Source: an uncultured Erysipelotrichaceae bacterium (lineage in GTDB: Bacteria > Bacillota_I > Bacilli_A > RFN20 > CAG-826). From it: DNA of 64,000 bases. Below the pieces are notes generated by a model. That model was given only the letters and a program-made list of their open reading frames with translations, was not told the origin of the DNA and did not search any database. Positions 27,986 to 37,648 of this stretch are shown in pieces (the stretch's first letter is position 1; each line of letters begins with the position of its first letter). A program made the translations under genes and the position numbers. Where the stretch lies: positions 14,307 to 78,306 of the forward strand of contig ONAT01000003.1 in NCBI GenBank assembly GCA_900315885.1, given 5' to 3'.

Positions 27986-30622
27986 ATGCAAGAAAAAAAG
28001 TATGTTTACCACTTTAAAGAAGCACATGGTTTAGGTAAAGAACTTCTTGGTGGTAAAGGTGCTGGCTTAGCAGAAATGACCTACATCGGAGTCCCAATTC
28101 CACAAGGTTTTACAATTACAACTGAAGCTTGCACACTTTATTATGACAGCGGAAAGAAACTTCCAGACTTCTTAGTCAAACAAGTCTACGAAGCAATTAA
28201 AACCGTTGAAAAAGAAACAGGAAAATCATTTGGCGGAGACAAGAATCCACTATTAGTTAGTGTACGTTCTGGTGCTCGTGTCAGTATGCCTGGTATGATG
28301 GACACTATCTTAAACTTAGGTTTAAATGATAAGACTGTCGAAGTTTTAGCAAAAGAAACAAACAATGAAAGATTTGCTTACGATAGCTATCGCCGTTTCA
28401 TCTTAATGTTCACAAACATTGCTAAAGGTCATCCAAGAACAGCAATGGATAAGATGCTTGAAGACTTAAAAGAATCAAGAGGTTACAAACTTGATACAGA
28501 AGTCACAGCAGAAGAATTAAAAGATTTAGTAAAGAAATATAAAGAATACTACAAAGCAACATTTGGTGAAGATTTCCCATCAGATCCATATGTTCAATTA
28601 ATCGAAGCTGTAACTGCTGTCTTCCGTTCATGGGATAACCCACGTGCAAACGTTTATCGTATGATGAACTCAATCCCATACTCATGGGGAACAGCTGTTA
28701 ATGTTCAATCAATGGCTTTCGGTAACAAAGGTGAAACATCTGGTACAGGTGTTGCATTCTCACGTGACCCAGCTACTGGTGAAAACAAGATCTCAGCTGA
28801 ATACTTACCAAATGCACAAGGTGAAGACGTTGTTGCCGGTATCCGTACTCCATTACACATTGAAGAACTCAATGCTCGTATGCCTGAAGTATACAAACAA
28901 TTCGTTGAAACCATTAAGAAAATGGAACACCACTACAGAGATATGCAAGATATGGAATTCACCGTTGAAGAAGGTAAACTCTATTTCTTACAAACACGTA
29001 ATGGTAAGAGAACACCTGCAGCTGCATTAAAGATTGCATGTGACTTAGTTGATGAAGGCTTAATCACAACTGATGAAGCTGTCTTAAGAATCGACCCAGT
29101 TTCATTCGATAAATTATTATTACCTGCATTCGATAAAGATGATTTAAAGAACGCTACAGTTATTGCTGAAGGCTTAGCTGCTGGTCCAGGTGCTGGAACA
29201 GGTAAAATCGCATTTACTGCTGAAGAAGCAGAAAAGAGACACGCTGCTGGCGAAAAAGTTATCTTGGCTCGTGCTGAAACATCACCAGAAGACATCGTTG
29301 GTATGGTCGCTGCTGAAGGTATCTTAACAATGCGTGGTGGTATGACATCTCACGCTGCTGTTGTCGCTCGTGGTATGGGTAAATGCTGTGTCTGTGGTTG
29401 TAAAGAAGCTTTAATCGATGAAGAATCAAGAACAATTACAATTAACGGAAAAGTATATACTGATCAAGATACAATCTCTCTTGATGGTTCAACAGGTAAA
29501 GTTTACCTTGGAGACATTAAGAAAGTTATGCCTGACTTATCTGCTGGTTACTTCGGCCGTTTAATGAAATGGGTCGATGATGCTCGCGTATTAAAAGTCC
29601 GTACAAACGCTGATACTCCACGTGATGCTAAACAAGCAAAAATCTTCGGTGCTGAAGGTATTGGCTTATGCCGTACAGAACATATGTTCTTTGATAAAGA
29701 CAGAATCTTCTCAATGAGAAAAATGATTTTAGCTGATACAGTTGAAGAAAGAAAAGCTGCTTTAGCAGAACTTGAACCAATGCAACAATCAGACTTCGAA
29801 TCATTATATGAGACAATGGGCGAAATGAATGTTAACGTTCGTTTATTAGATCCACCTCTACATGAATTCTTACCACAAGAAGAAGACAAGATTGAAGAAT
29901 TAGCAAAAGCAACTGGTAGAACAGTTGAACAAGTTAAAGCTCGTATCGAATACTTACACGAATTCAACCCTATGATGGGTCACCGTGGTTGCCGTTTAGC
30001 AGTTTCTTATCCAGAAATTTGTGAAATGCAAACATCTGCAATTATCAAAGCTGCTATTAACGTCCAAAAGAAGACTGGTATTGCTATCAAACCAGAAATC
30101 ATGGTACCACTCGTCTTAGAAGTTAAAGAATTAAAATTCGTTAAGAAAATCATTACAGAAACAGCTGATAAATTAATTAAAGAAGCTGGTGTCAATATGG
30201 AATACCATGTTGGTACAATGATTGAAATCCCACGTGCTGCATTACTTGCTGATGAAATCGCACAAGAAGCAACATTCTTCTCATTTGGTACAAATGACTT
30301 AACACAAATGACATTCGGTTTCTCACGTGATGATGCTGCAAAATTCTTACCAGATTACTATGAGCACAAGATTTTCGAAGAAGATCCATTCAAGACTCTT
30401 GATCAACATGGTGTTGGTAAATTAGTAGATATGGCAGTCAAACTTGGCCGTGCTACAAGACCTGATTTACACATCGGTGTTTGTGGTGAAACTGGTGGCG
30501 AACCTAACTCAATCGAATTCTACCACAAGGCTGGATTAGATTACGTTTCATGTTCACCATTCCGTGTCCCAGTTGCACGTTTAGCCGCTGCACAAGCTGC
30601 TATCAAATTCCCACGTAAATAG
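27986..30622 (+). CDS. ppdK: Pyruvate, phosphate dikinase
   Basis: 878 aa; GGKGAGLAEM ATP-grasp start, phospho-His loop GGMTSHAAVVARG, C-terminal PEP-utilising TIM barrel (GTNDLTQ). Confidence 0.95.
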   Translation: MQEKKYVYHFKEAHGLGKELLGGKGAGLAEMTYIGVPIPQGFTITTEACTLYYDSGKKLPDFLVKQVYEAIKTVEKETGKSFGGDKNPLLVSVRSGARVSMPGMMDTILNLGLNDKTVEVLAKETNNERFAYDSYRRFILMFTNIAKGHPRTAMDKMLEDLKESRGYKLDTEVTAEELKDLVKKYKEYYKATFGEDFPSDPYVQLIEAVTAVFRSWDNPRANVYRMMNSIPYSWGTAVNVQSMAFGNKGETSGTGVAFSRDPATGENKISAEYLPNAQGEDVVAGIRTPLHIEELNARMPEVYKQFVETIKKMEHHYRDMQDMEFTVEEGKLYFLQTRNGKRTPAAALKIACDLVDEGLITTDEAVLRIDPVSFDKLLLPAFDKDDLKNATVIAEGLAAGPGAGTGKIAFTAEEAEKRHAAGEKVILARAETSPEDIVGMVAAEGILTMRGGMTSHAAVVARGMGKCCVCGCKEALIDEESRTITINGKVYTDQDTISLDGSTGKVYLGDIKKVMPDLSAGYFGRLMKWVDDARVLKVRTNADTPRDAKQAKIFGAEGIGLCRTEHMFFDKDRIFSMRKMILADTVEERKAALAELEPMQQSDFESLYETMGEMNVNVRLLDPPLHEFLPQEEDKIEELAKATGRTVEQVKARIEYLHEFNPMMGHRGCRLAVSYPEICEMQTSAIIKAAINVQKKTGIAIKPEIMVPLVLEVKELKFVKKIITETADKLIKEAGVNMEYHVGTMIEIPRAALLADEIAQEATFFSFGTNDLTQMTFGFSRDDAAKFLPDYYEHKIFEEDPFKTLDQHGVGKLVDMAVKLGRATRPDLHIGVCGETGGEPNSIEFYHKAGLDYVSCSPFRVPVARLAAAQAAIKFPRK

Positions 30623-30653
30623 TTGGTATTTGTAAACTAAAAATTTAAATTAA

Positions 30654-30687
30654 ATAGCGTATCTCTTTATGGGAACGCTATTTTTTT
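30654..30687 (+). terminator. Terminator after ppdK
   Basis: ATAGCGT-14 nt-ACGCTAT plus T7. Confidence 0.75.
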
Positions 30688-30692
30688 GTTTA

Positions 30693-30721
30693 TAAAAAAA
30701 GACAGCTTAATTAAAGCTGCC
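30693..30721 (-). terminator. Terminator after the glmU-like gene
   Basis: Minus strand GGCAGCTT-TAAT-AAGCTGTC plus T7. Confidence 0.75.
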
Positions 30722-30739
30722 TTGTAAGTTATCTTTTAA

Positions 30740-31711
30740 TTAGATTCTTTCTTTTTTGATTGTGGTATTAGCAATTTCTTTATTATCACCAATTTCGCAA
30801 TCAATAATCATAGTGTTTGGTCCAATTACATTGGAATTTCCAATAACTGTGTGACCATAAATATGGGTGTTTGGATAAATAATTGTATCTGGTCCAATTT
30901 TAACATCTGGTCCAATGTATGTAACTTTTGGATCAATAATTGTTACACCATTTAGCATGTGTTCTTTGTTGATACGCATTTTTAATGCTTCGCCAGCTTC
31001 GTAAAGTTGCCATCTATTATTGACTCCCATCATTTCGCTTGGGTTATCAAGAATTGAAGCACCAACTTTTAAGCCTTCTTTTCTAAACATTTCTAATAAA
31101 TCAGTCAAATATAACTCGCCTTGTGCGTTATTTGCGTGCAAATTATGTAAATGTGCGAATAATTCTTTGTTATCAAATACATAGATACCGGCATTAACTT
31201 CTTTAACTTTATCCATAACTTCATCACAATCTGCTTGTTCAACAATAGCCTCTACTTGGTCGCCTGTTTCATTTCTTTTGATACGTCCATATCCTTTTGG
31301 ATTATCCACAATTGCGGTAAGTAAAGTAAGAGCATTTCCGTCTTTAACATGTTTTTCAAACAAAGCTTTGAAAGTATCAGTTGTCACAACTGGTGTATCT
31401 CCACAGCATACGATTGTGTAACCTTCTTTGCCTTCCAATAAAGGTGCGGCTTGCATAACTGCATGTCCTGTCCCTTTTTGTTCATGTTGCCAAACTACTT
31501 CAGCACTGTCTTGTACCAAAGATTTAGTAACTTCGCCACCAAAACCAACAATAGTGATTAGTTTTTCAAACCCGATTGGTTTTAACGCATCTAAAACATA
31601 ACGAACTAATGGTTTATGTAATATTTCATAACTGACTTTTGATTTGCTTTGGTCTAAAGACTTCATTCTTGTACCTTTACCCGCAGCTAAGATAATTGCA
31701 TAATTTTTCAT
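30740..31711 (-). CDS. glmU: GlmU-like UDP-GlcNAc pyrophosphorylase lacking most of the C-terminal acetyltransferase domain
   Basis: 323 aa; ILAAGKGTRMKS and QKGTGHAV uridyltransferase motifs. Only a few hexapeptide repeats (IGPDVKIGPDTIIYPNTHIYGHTVIGNSNVIGP) before the stop; terminator and convergent ppdK follow. Confidence 0.75.
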   Translation of the reverse strand: MKNYAIILAAGKGTRMKSLDQSKSKVSYEILHKPLVRYVLDALKPIGFEKLITIVGFGGEVTKSLVQDSAEVVWQHEQKGTGHAVMQAAPLLEGKEGYTIVCCGDTPVVTTDTFKALFEKHVKDGNALTLLTAIVDNPKGYGRIKRNETGDQVEAIVEQADCDEVMDKVKEVNAGIYVFDNKELFAHLHNLHANNAQGELYLTDLLEMFRKEGLKVGASILDNPSEMMGVNNRWQLYEAGEALKMRINKEHMLNGVTIIDPKVTYIGPDVKIGPDTIIYPNTHIYGHTVIGNSNVIGPNTMIIDCEIGDNKEIANTTIKKERI

Positions 31712-31730
31712 TGTTTATACCTCTTTTTCT

Positions 31731-32582
31731 TTATTTTAATACTTTTGTGAAGAATACTTCAAATCCTTCTTTATCCAAGACATGATATTCTTTTTCAATT
31801 TTTTGTTTATTTGTGGAAATTGCAAAGACAGAAGAACCAGAGCCAGACATCATAACATTCTCTAATCCTGCATCTAGCAATCTCTTTTTAAGCAATTCGA
31901 TTTCTGGAAGCATTGATATAGATGCTTTTTCTAATTCGTTGCCCATGTATTCATTTAAATTTTGATCTTCACCAGTTTTTAAAACTTCAATTAGTTCTTT
32001 TACTTTTGCAGAACGATCAAAACCAATTTCATCATATTTAGCATAAACTTCTTTAGTGGATAAACCCTTCTTTGGTTTTACCAATAAAACATAGTATTTG
32101 TTTTTTACTTCGATTGGCGTTATCTTTTCTCCCATACCTTCCACGCGTGAAGGAATGTTTTTTAAACAGAATGGAACATCTGAACCAATTGATTTTGCAA
32201 GCTCTATTTCTTCCTCATCAGAAATATTTAACTTTAATAATGTTTTTATGGCGTTAATAACTGCGGCTGCGTTTGCGGAGCCACCACCAAGACCAGCACC
32301 AATTGGAATATTTTTATGAATGTGTATTCTAAACGATTTATCAATGTGATATTTTTCTTTCATTTTGCGAACTGTGATAGAGCACAAATTATATTCATTA
32401 ACTTCTAATGAGTAATCATCACAAGTAACATAGGTATCATATATTCCAGGTAAGATAGATATATCAATAGAGTCATGTAACTCTACTGGTAACATAACCA
32501 TATCTAAATTGTGATACCCATCATCTCTTTTTTCTTTAACATTTATAGCTAAATTAATCTTAGCATATGCTTTTATAATCAT
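31731..32582 (-). CDS. ispE: 4-diphosphocytidyl-2-C-methyl-D-erythritol kinase
   Basis: GHMP kinase motif PIGAGLGGGSANAAA. Start at ATG 32582 (MIIKAYAKINL, GGGAGA 7 nt upstream). Confidence 0.9.
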   Translation of the reverse strand: MIIKAYAKINLAINVKEKRDDGYHNLDMVMLPVELHDSIDISILPGIYDTYVTCDDYSLEVNEYNLCSITVRKMKEKYHIDKSFRIHIHKNIPIGAGLGGGSANAAAVINAIKTLLKLNISDEEEIELAKSIGSDVPFCLKNIPSRVEGMGEKITPIEVKNKYYVLLVKPKKGLSTKEVYAKYDEIGFDRSAKVKELIEVLKTGEDQNLNEYMGNELEKASISMLPEIELLKKRLLDAGLENVMMSGSGSSVFAISTNKQKIEKEYHVLDKEGFEVFFTKVLK

Positions 32583-32686
32583 AGTAATTCTCCCGAGGGC
32601 AATTGCCATTAATTATTTTAACATAGCAAATATAAAAATAAAGTATGTTTTACTGTATATTGTTATTTTTTTTAAGTAATTGCTTA

Positions 32687-33430
32687 TTAATAGATTTTTC
32701 TTGCAACTCCCCTTGTATCAATGCCTGTAATACCTCTAGTTTTTCCGGCTGTTTGATTTGCTGCACGCAAAACATCGACAAATTCATTTACAGCGGTCAT
32801 TGATATCATTACAGCAATAATCGCAGGGTCTAAAGCTCCAATGTTTACTCGCCCAGGAGAAGAAGCAAAATTTGAATATTCAATTAGTGCTTTAAAGTCC
32901 GATTGACATCCTCCCACAACGATTGGCATAGCGTCTTTACTCGGTTGAAATAATCTAGCATTTTTTGTGGCGTTTAAAAAACTTTGAGAATTCATATATT
33001 GCGCCGCAAACGGACTATTCGAATAAGCGTCATGGCCTGTGATTACTAAAACATCTGGTTTATGTTTAGCTAATAACTCATTTATAACTTGAGGAATATC
33101 AGATTCAGGGAAATAATATCCAATCGCCGGAACATGATAATATTTATACAAATCCATACATTTTTTCAAAAAAGAAGAATCACCATCAATGTGTAAAATT
33201 TTGCCAAAAATGGTATTTGGTTCATATCGAGGCAAGACTAGACTGGGCAAGTCAGAAGATGTACGCTTATCACTTATTTCTAAATCATCAAAAGTCGCAT
33301 CAGCGTTTAATCTTATACATTTTCCTTTTAAAACTGCGACTCTTTTTTCTTTGTTGACTTTGGCAACTATGAATTCACAGTCATGATTATGTGATTTTCT
33401 TGTAACAACGTCTCCAATATTAAAATCCAT
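32687..33430 (-). CDS. yabG: Sporulation-specific protease YabG
   Basis: 247 aa; ILHIDGD...VLVITGHDA... pattern of YabG; conserved position downstream of rsmA. Confidence 0.8.
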   Translation of the reverse strand: MDFNIGDVVTRKSHNHDCEFIVAKVNKEKRVAVLKGKCIRLNADATFDDLEISDKRTSSDLPSLVLPRYEPNTIFGKILHIDGDSSFLKKCMDLYKYYHVPAIGYYFPESDIPQVINELLAKHKPDVLVITGHDAYSNSPFAAQYMNSQSFLNATKNARLFQPSKDAMPIVVGGCQSDFKALIEYSNFASSPGRVNIGALDPAIIAVMISMTAVNEFVDVLRAANQTAGKTRGITGIDTRGVARKIY

Positions 33431-33475
33431 AAAGCACCTCCTTTTTTATATATATTCAAAAGAGCGGTGCTTTGA

Positions 33476-33504
33476 CAAAAAAGCGTGACCTAATTATCAC
33501 GCTT
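33476..33504 (-). terminator. Terminator overlapping the rsmA stop, upstream of yabG
   Basis: AAGCGTGA-8 nt-TCACGCTT plus T6. Confidence 0.75.
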
Positions 33505-34320
33505 TATCAAATCTGTTAAACGAAGATAGAAATCTAAATCTAATTGTTCTGGTCTCATATTTTCATTACAATTTAATACTTTTAAAAGACTAATAGCCTT
33601 ATCTTTATCTTTTACATAAGAAGTTAAATTATTTAAAATTGTTTTTCGACGCATTAAGAACATAGCTTTAGTAATTTTATAAAAATCTTGTTCATTATTT
33701 GATTGTTTTCTTTTATTAACATTAATTTGAAACACTAGTGAATCGACATGTGGTTCAGGAATATATGAGTGTCTTGATACTTTTTTTAATACTTTTGCTC
33801 CACCTAGATATTCAATAAAAATTGAAAGTGGCGAATATTCTTTGGTGTTAATTGGTGCAACTAATCTTTGATATGCTTCTTTTTGTACCATTAATGTCAT
33901 TTGGGTTACTTTTGGACACTTAATTAGTTTTTCTACAATTTCAGTTGTAACATAGTATGGCAAATTAGCAAGAACAACAATTTCACCTTGTATATTTTCA
34001 AGATTATATTTAAGAAAATCTTGGCAAACGATATCAATATTTTCATCATTTATTTGTCTTGATAAGTGTTCCGCCATAACTTTATCAATTTCCACAAGGA
34101 TTTTCTTTCCTTGCTTATTTAATAAATGATATGTTAATGCCCCTAAACCTGGACCTATCTCAATAAGTGTTTTATTTTCTCCATCGCTAATAGAATCCAC
34201 AATTTCTTTAGCCAATTTATCATCAACTAAAAAGTTTTGCCCATATTTTTTTAAAGCTTTGACATCATAAACATTTAAGTGCTTTAGCACGTATTCTTTG
34301 TTTGCTACTGGTCCTATCAT
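33490..34320 (-). CDS. rsmA: 16S rRNA (adenine1518/1519-N6)-dimethyltransferase
   Basis: KKYGQNFL and EIGPGLGALT SAM motifs. ATG 34320 (GAGGA 7 nt upstream) preferred to the TTG at 34335. Confidence 0.92.
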   Translation of the reverse strand: MIGPVANKEYVLKHLNVYDVKALKKYGQNFLVDDKLAKEIVDSISDGENKTLIEIGPGLGALTYHLLNKQGKKILVEIDKVMAEHLSRQINDENIDIVCQDFLKYNLENIQGEIVVLANLPYYVTTEIVEKLIKCPKVTQMTLMVQKEAYQRLVAPINTKEYSPLSIFIEYLGGAKVLKKVSRHSYIPEPHVDSLVFQINVNKRKQSNNEQDFYKITKAMFLMRRKTILNNLTSYVKDKDKAISLLKVLNCNENMRPEQLDLDFYLRLTDLIKRDN

Positions 34321-34321
34321 A

Positions 34322-34861
34322 TTAAATATCCTCAATCATTTTTTCTAATTCTTCATAACTTATTGCTAGACTATTTAGTCTTTTTAATAATGTTTTTGCG
34401 TTCCCATACCCGATATGTAATTTTCGCATTATTTTAATGCGCTTATCTTTAGAGTCCTCTTTCCCTGTTAATCCTAAAGCATATAAGTCAGGCATCGTTA
34501 ATGTGCCAATTTGCGTGTCTTCATTACTTAATAAAGACTCTAAACATTCTAAAACATGTTGTTTATTAGATTCCGCGACTCCAACTTTATGCTTCTTAAT
34601 ACATTGATCTTTTTGTAAAAAAGCATGATATAGCCCTTTGATATTATTATCTAGCACATCACGAATTCTTTTACCAGGAGAATCTGGATCAGTTAAGACA
34701 ATAACCTTCTTTATCTTTGATAAAGAAGATATATAATCTATTGTTTCACGTGAAACTTCACTTCCGTTAGTGATAATGAACTCGCTATCAATGAAAGATT
34801 CTAAGAATTGTACATCGCTTTTCCCCTCGACAACAATGGCTCCATCAAACCTAATCTTCAT
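34322..34861 (-). CDS. rnmV: Ribonuclease M5 (Toprim)
   Basis: 179 aa; IVVEGKSD ... LTDPDSPG Toprim motifs. Confidence 0.88.
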   Translation of the reverse strand: MKIRFDGAIVVEGKSDVQFLESFIDSEFIITNGSEVSRETIDYISSLSKIKKVIVLTDPDSPGKRIRDVLDNNIKGLYHAFLQKDQCIKKHKVGVAESNKQHVLECLESLLSNEDTQIGTLTMPDLYALGLTGKEDSKDKRIKIMRKLHIGYGNAKTLLKRLNSLAISYEELEKMIEDI

Positions 34862-35630
34862 ACTTTACTCCAAATAAACGACATCCATTATTGAAAGTAG
34901 CAGTGGCAATTTCACTTGTGTCTTTTTCTTTTATTCTTGCAATCTCTTTCACAACTAAAGGAACATTTCCTGGCACGTTTTGTGTACCTCTCAGAGGATG
35001 AGGCGCCAAATAAGGTGAATCTGTTTCCACTAATAAATAATTTAAATCTATTTCTTTAGCGACTTCTTTTGGTGTTTTAGCATTCTTAAATGTAACTGGT
35101 CCACCTAAAGAGATATACATACCTAAAGAAATAAAATCATATATCATTTCTTTTGGTCCACTATAACAATGCATAACTCCACCTTTAAGTGGTCTATGCT
35201 CTTTTAAAATATCTAAAGTATCTTTTAAGGCATCACGCGAATGAACAATAATCGGTAATCCTAGTTCGTTTGCAATTTCTATTTGTTTGATAAAAATTTC
35301 TTTTTGTTTGTTTTTGGTTCCCTCATCTTTTTCCCAGTAGTAATCTAAACCAATTTCTCCAATTGCTACTATTTTTTTGTTATCTTTACACAAAGAAAAA
35401 AGTTCAAGCATCTTGTCGATGTTGGTGTGTTTGATTTCTTCTGGCTGAATACCAATCGCACCATAAATGTTTTTTTCTTTAACAAGATTAAAGACACGCA
35501 TAGATGAGATATCATCGTATCCTGGAACCAATATCAAATTAACGCCTTTTTCGTTCGCGCTTTTAATTATTTCTTTGTGATTTTCATATAGTTCATCACT
35601 ATTTAAATGACAATGTGTATCAAAAATCAT
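34851..35630 (-). CDS. tatD: TatD-family metal-dependent hydrolase (YabD)
   Basis: MIFDTHCHLN start, EIGLDY and VETDSPYL motifs. Confidence 0.9.
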   Translation of the reverse strand: MIFDTHCHLNSDELYENHKEIIKSANEKGVNLILVPGYDDISSMRVFNLVKEKNIYGAIGIQPEEIKHTNIDKMLELFSLCKDNKKIVAIGEIGLDYYWEKDEGTKNKQKEIFIKQIEIANELGLPIIVHSRDALKDTLDILKEHRPLKGGVMHCYSGPKEMIYDFISLGMYISLGGPVTFKNAKTPKEVAKEIDLNYLLVETDSPYLAPHPLRGTQNVPGNVPLVVKEIARIKEKDTSEIATATFNNGCRLFGVKYED

Positions 35631-35631
35631 A

Positions 35632-36951
35632 CTATTTTCCTACGCAGAAACGTGAGAATATTTCTTTTGATAAATCCATATTCACGTTATCTCCCATAAT
35701 TTCTAAAATTGTATTATATGCTTCCACTAAAGAAACTGAAATTAAATCAACAGGTAAATCATTTTTTGCGTCTTCAATCGCTTGATCAATTGCTAAATCC
35801 GCTTTTTTTAATAAACCGATTTGACGTGTATTATTTAAAGAAGGTCTAATAAAGCTTTCTTCGTGAATGCCAATTCGTTTGGAAATCTCACTAAGTAATT
35901 GTTTTACATCATTGTTTTTACTAGAAATGCTTATTCCCTCATCATACTTTACCAAATCAGATTTACTATGTACGATTATTGGATTCTTGTGAGATATTTC
36001 TTTTATTAAAATTTCATCTTCATTGGTGATATTTTCCCCATCTAAAAGCAAAACGACAATATCGGCTTCATCTATTGTTTTCTTAGTTTTCTTAATTCCT
36101 AGACTTTCAACTTCATCATTAGAATCATGAAGGCCTGCCGTATCGAAAAGATGAAGTGTGATACCTTTAAAAACAATATCTCCTTCCACAACATCGCGAG
36201 TAGTGCCAGCGACATTAGTAACAATTGCTTTATCCTCTTTTAACAAACAGTTAAGTAAGGAAGATTTACCGACATTAGGTTTTCCCACTAAAGCGACATT
36301 AACACCATCTTTAATCTTTGCTCCCTCTTCGCCTTCATTTACTAATTTAGCAATCATTTCATGAAGTTTACGTCCTTCAGTAATAATTTTTTCTTTACTT
36401 ACTACTTCAATATCTAAATATTCTGGATAATCAATATTAACTTCTATATTTGAGATTAAATCTGCAAGTGTCGTTTTTAAAGGTTCAAGCAATTTTGAGG
36501 TTTTACCTTCCAAAGAAAGAAGTGATAGTTGTTTTGCCTCTTTTGATGTCGCATTAATTACATCATTTATTGCTTCAGCTTGAACTAAATCTATTCTTCC
36601 ATTTAAATATGCGCGTGAAGAGAACTCTCCTCTAGTAGCGATTCGTGCACCATTTTCAACAAGTAATTCTATTATTTCGTTTACAATAAGCATCGAACCA
36701 TGGCACATGATTTCCACACTATTTTCGCCAGTGAAACTATGTGGTTTAACGTAATTTAAAACAATGACTTCATCGATAACTTGCTCGTTTTTCTTAATAA
36801 AGCCATAATTAATTCCTTTTTGTGTTTTATTTGTTAAATCTTTTGAAAATACTTTAGAGACTATTTCGTAACAATTCTCTCCTGAAACTCTTATTACCGC
36901 GATTGCGGATTTCATCGGAGCGGTGGCTAATGCAACAATTGTATCTAACAT
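35632..36951 (-). CDS. mnmE: tRNA modification GTPase MnmE
   Basis: MLDTIVALATA start (AAGGTGA RBS) at 36951, G1 GKPNVGKSSLLN, C-terminal CVGK. The track's upstream extension to 37032 is discarded. Confidence 0.93.
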   Translation of the reverse strand: MLDTIVALATAPMKSAIAVIRVSGENCYEIVSKVFSKDLTNKTQKGINYGFIKKNEQVIDEVIVLNYVKPHSFTGENSVEIMCHGSMLIVNEIIELLVENGARIATRGEFSSRAYLNGRIDLVQAEAINDVINATSKEAKQLSLLSLEGKTSKLLEPLKTTLADLISNIEVNIDYPEYLDIEVVSKEKIITEGRKLHEMIAKLVNEGEEGAKIKDGVNVALVGKPNVGKSSLLNCLLKEDKAIVTNVAGTTRDVVEGDIVFKGITLHLFDTAGLHDSNDEVESLGIKKTKKTIDEADIVVLLLDGENITNEDEILIKEISHKNPIIVHSKSDLVKYDEGISISSKNNDVKQLLSEISKRIGIHEESFIRPSLNNTRQIGLLKKADLAIDQAIEDAKNDLPVDLISVSLVEAYNTILEIMGDNVNMDLSKEIFSRFCVGK

Positions 36952-37016
36952 AATTTCACCTTCTTGCTTATATAATATAACATAAAAAAACATTATCTTG
37001 TTTAGTATTTTAAGCA

Positions 37017-37043
37017 AAATAAAAAGAGACATAAGTCTCTTTC
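37017..37043 (-). terminator. Terminator after jag
   Basis: AAAGAGAC-TTAT-GTCTCTTT plus a T-rich run. Confidence 0.75.
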
Positions 37044-37046
37044 TAA

Positions 37047-37646
37047 TTAATCAACATATTTAATTGTGATTTGTCTTTTGCGACCTTCGCCAATGCTTTC
37101 TGTTTTGATGTTATGCATATTCGCTAAAGCGTTATGGATAACTCTTCTTTCATCTGCAGGCATATGGTCTAAAGTTGCAGTAACTTTTGTCTTTTGAACA
37201 TCGCGAGCAATTCTTTTAGCCATACGAACGATTTTTTGATATTTGTCGTTCTTATATTCTCCAACATCAAGTAAGATTCTAAATCTTCTTTTGAATTTTG
37301 AAGATACCGCTAATTTGGTTAATTCGTTAATTGCTTGTAATGTTTTTCCGTTTTTACCAATGATAACTGAGTTGTGATCACTACTTAGGGAAATGCGAAT
37401 AATGTCATCAGATATTGTTGATTTGGTTGTAACATCGATTTCAAAATTTGCAATTGCATCTTTAATATAGTTTTCAGCATATTCGATAACGTCGGATAAA
37501 TCAAAGACCATAATTTCTGCTTTTTTGGAGAACAAGCCTTTCTTTTCCATTGTTACTTCATACATTAAAGATTCACGTTCCATCATTAAATCTTCACATG
37601 CTAATTCAACTGCAGCTTCAACAGTTTTTGCTTCGTACTTTTTCAT
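37047..37646 (-). CDS. jag: Jag/KhpB RNA-binding protein (Jag_N, KH, R3H)
   Basis: MKKYEAKTVEAAVELA start at 37646; KH GKNGKTLQAI; R3H-like C-terminus. Confidence 0.85.
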   Translation of the reverse strand: MKKYEAKTVEAAVELACEDLMMERESLMYEVTMEKKGLFSKKAEIMVFDLSDVIEYAENYIKDAIANFEIDVTTKSTISDDIIRISLSSDHNSVIIGKNGKTLQAINELTKLAVSSKFKRRFRILLDVGEYKNDKYQKIVRMAKRIARDVQKTKVTATLDHMPADERRVIHNALANMHNIKTESIGEGRKRQITIKYVD

Positions 37647-37648
37647 AA

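Noticed and set aside
28981-29967. Long antisense ORFs inside ppdK (104 and 139 aa, plus several around 60-70 aa)
   Set aside because: They are produced by the strong codon bias of ppdK. They have low-complexity Ser/Ala-rich translations and no start context.
32595-32604. GGCAATTGCC palindrome upstream of ispE
   Set aside because: It is only 10 bp, too short to fold or to distinguish from chance, and it lies within the discarded upstream extension of the ispE ORF.
36952-37032. N-terminal extensions of track ORFs (mnmE here; likewise dnaA 41506, jag 37700, tadA 53999, spoVT 20007, ispE 32609, yaaA 44288, lipoprotein 54964)
   Set aside because: In each case a downstream ATG has a proper Shine-Dalgarno sequence and matches the conserved protein N-terminus. 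The upstream part overlaps terminators, promoters or the SRP RNA.
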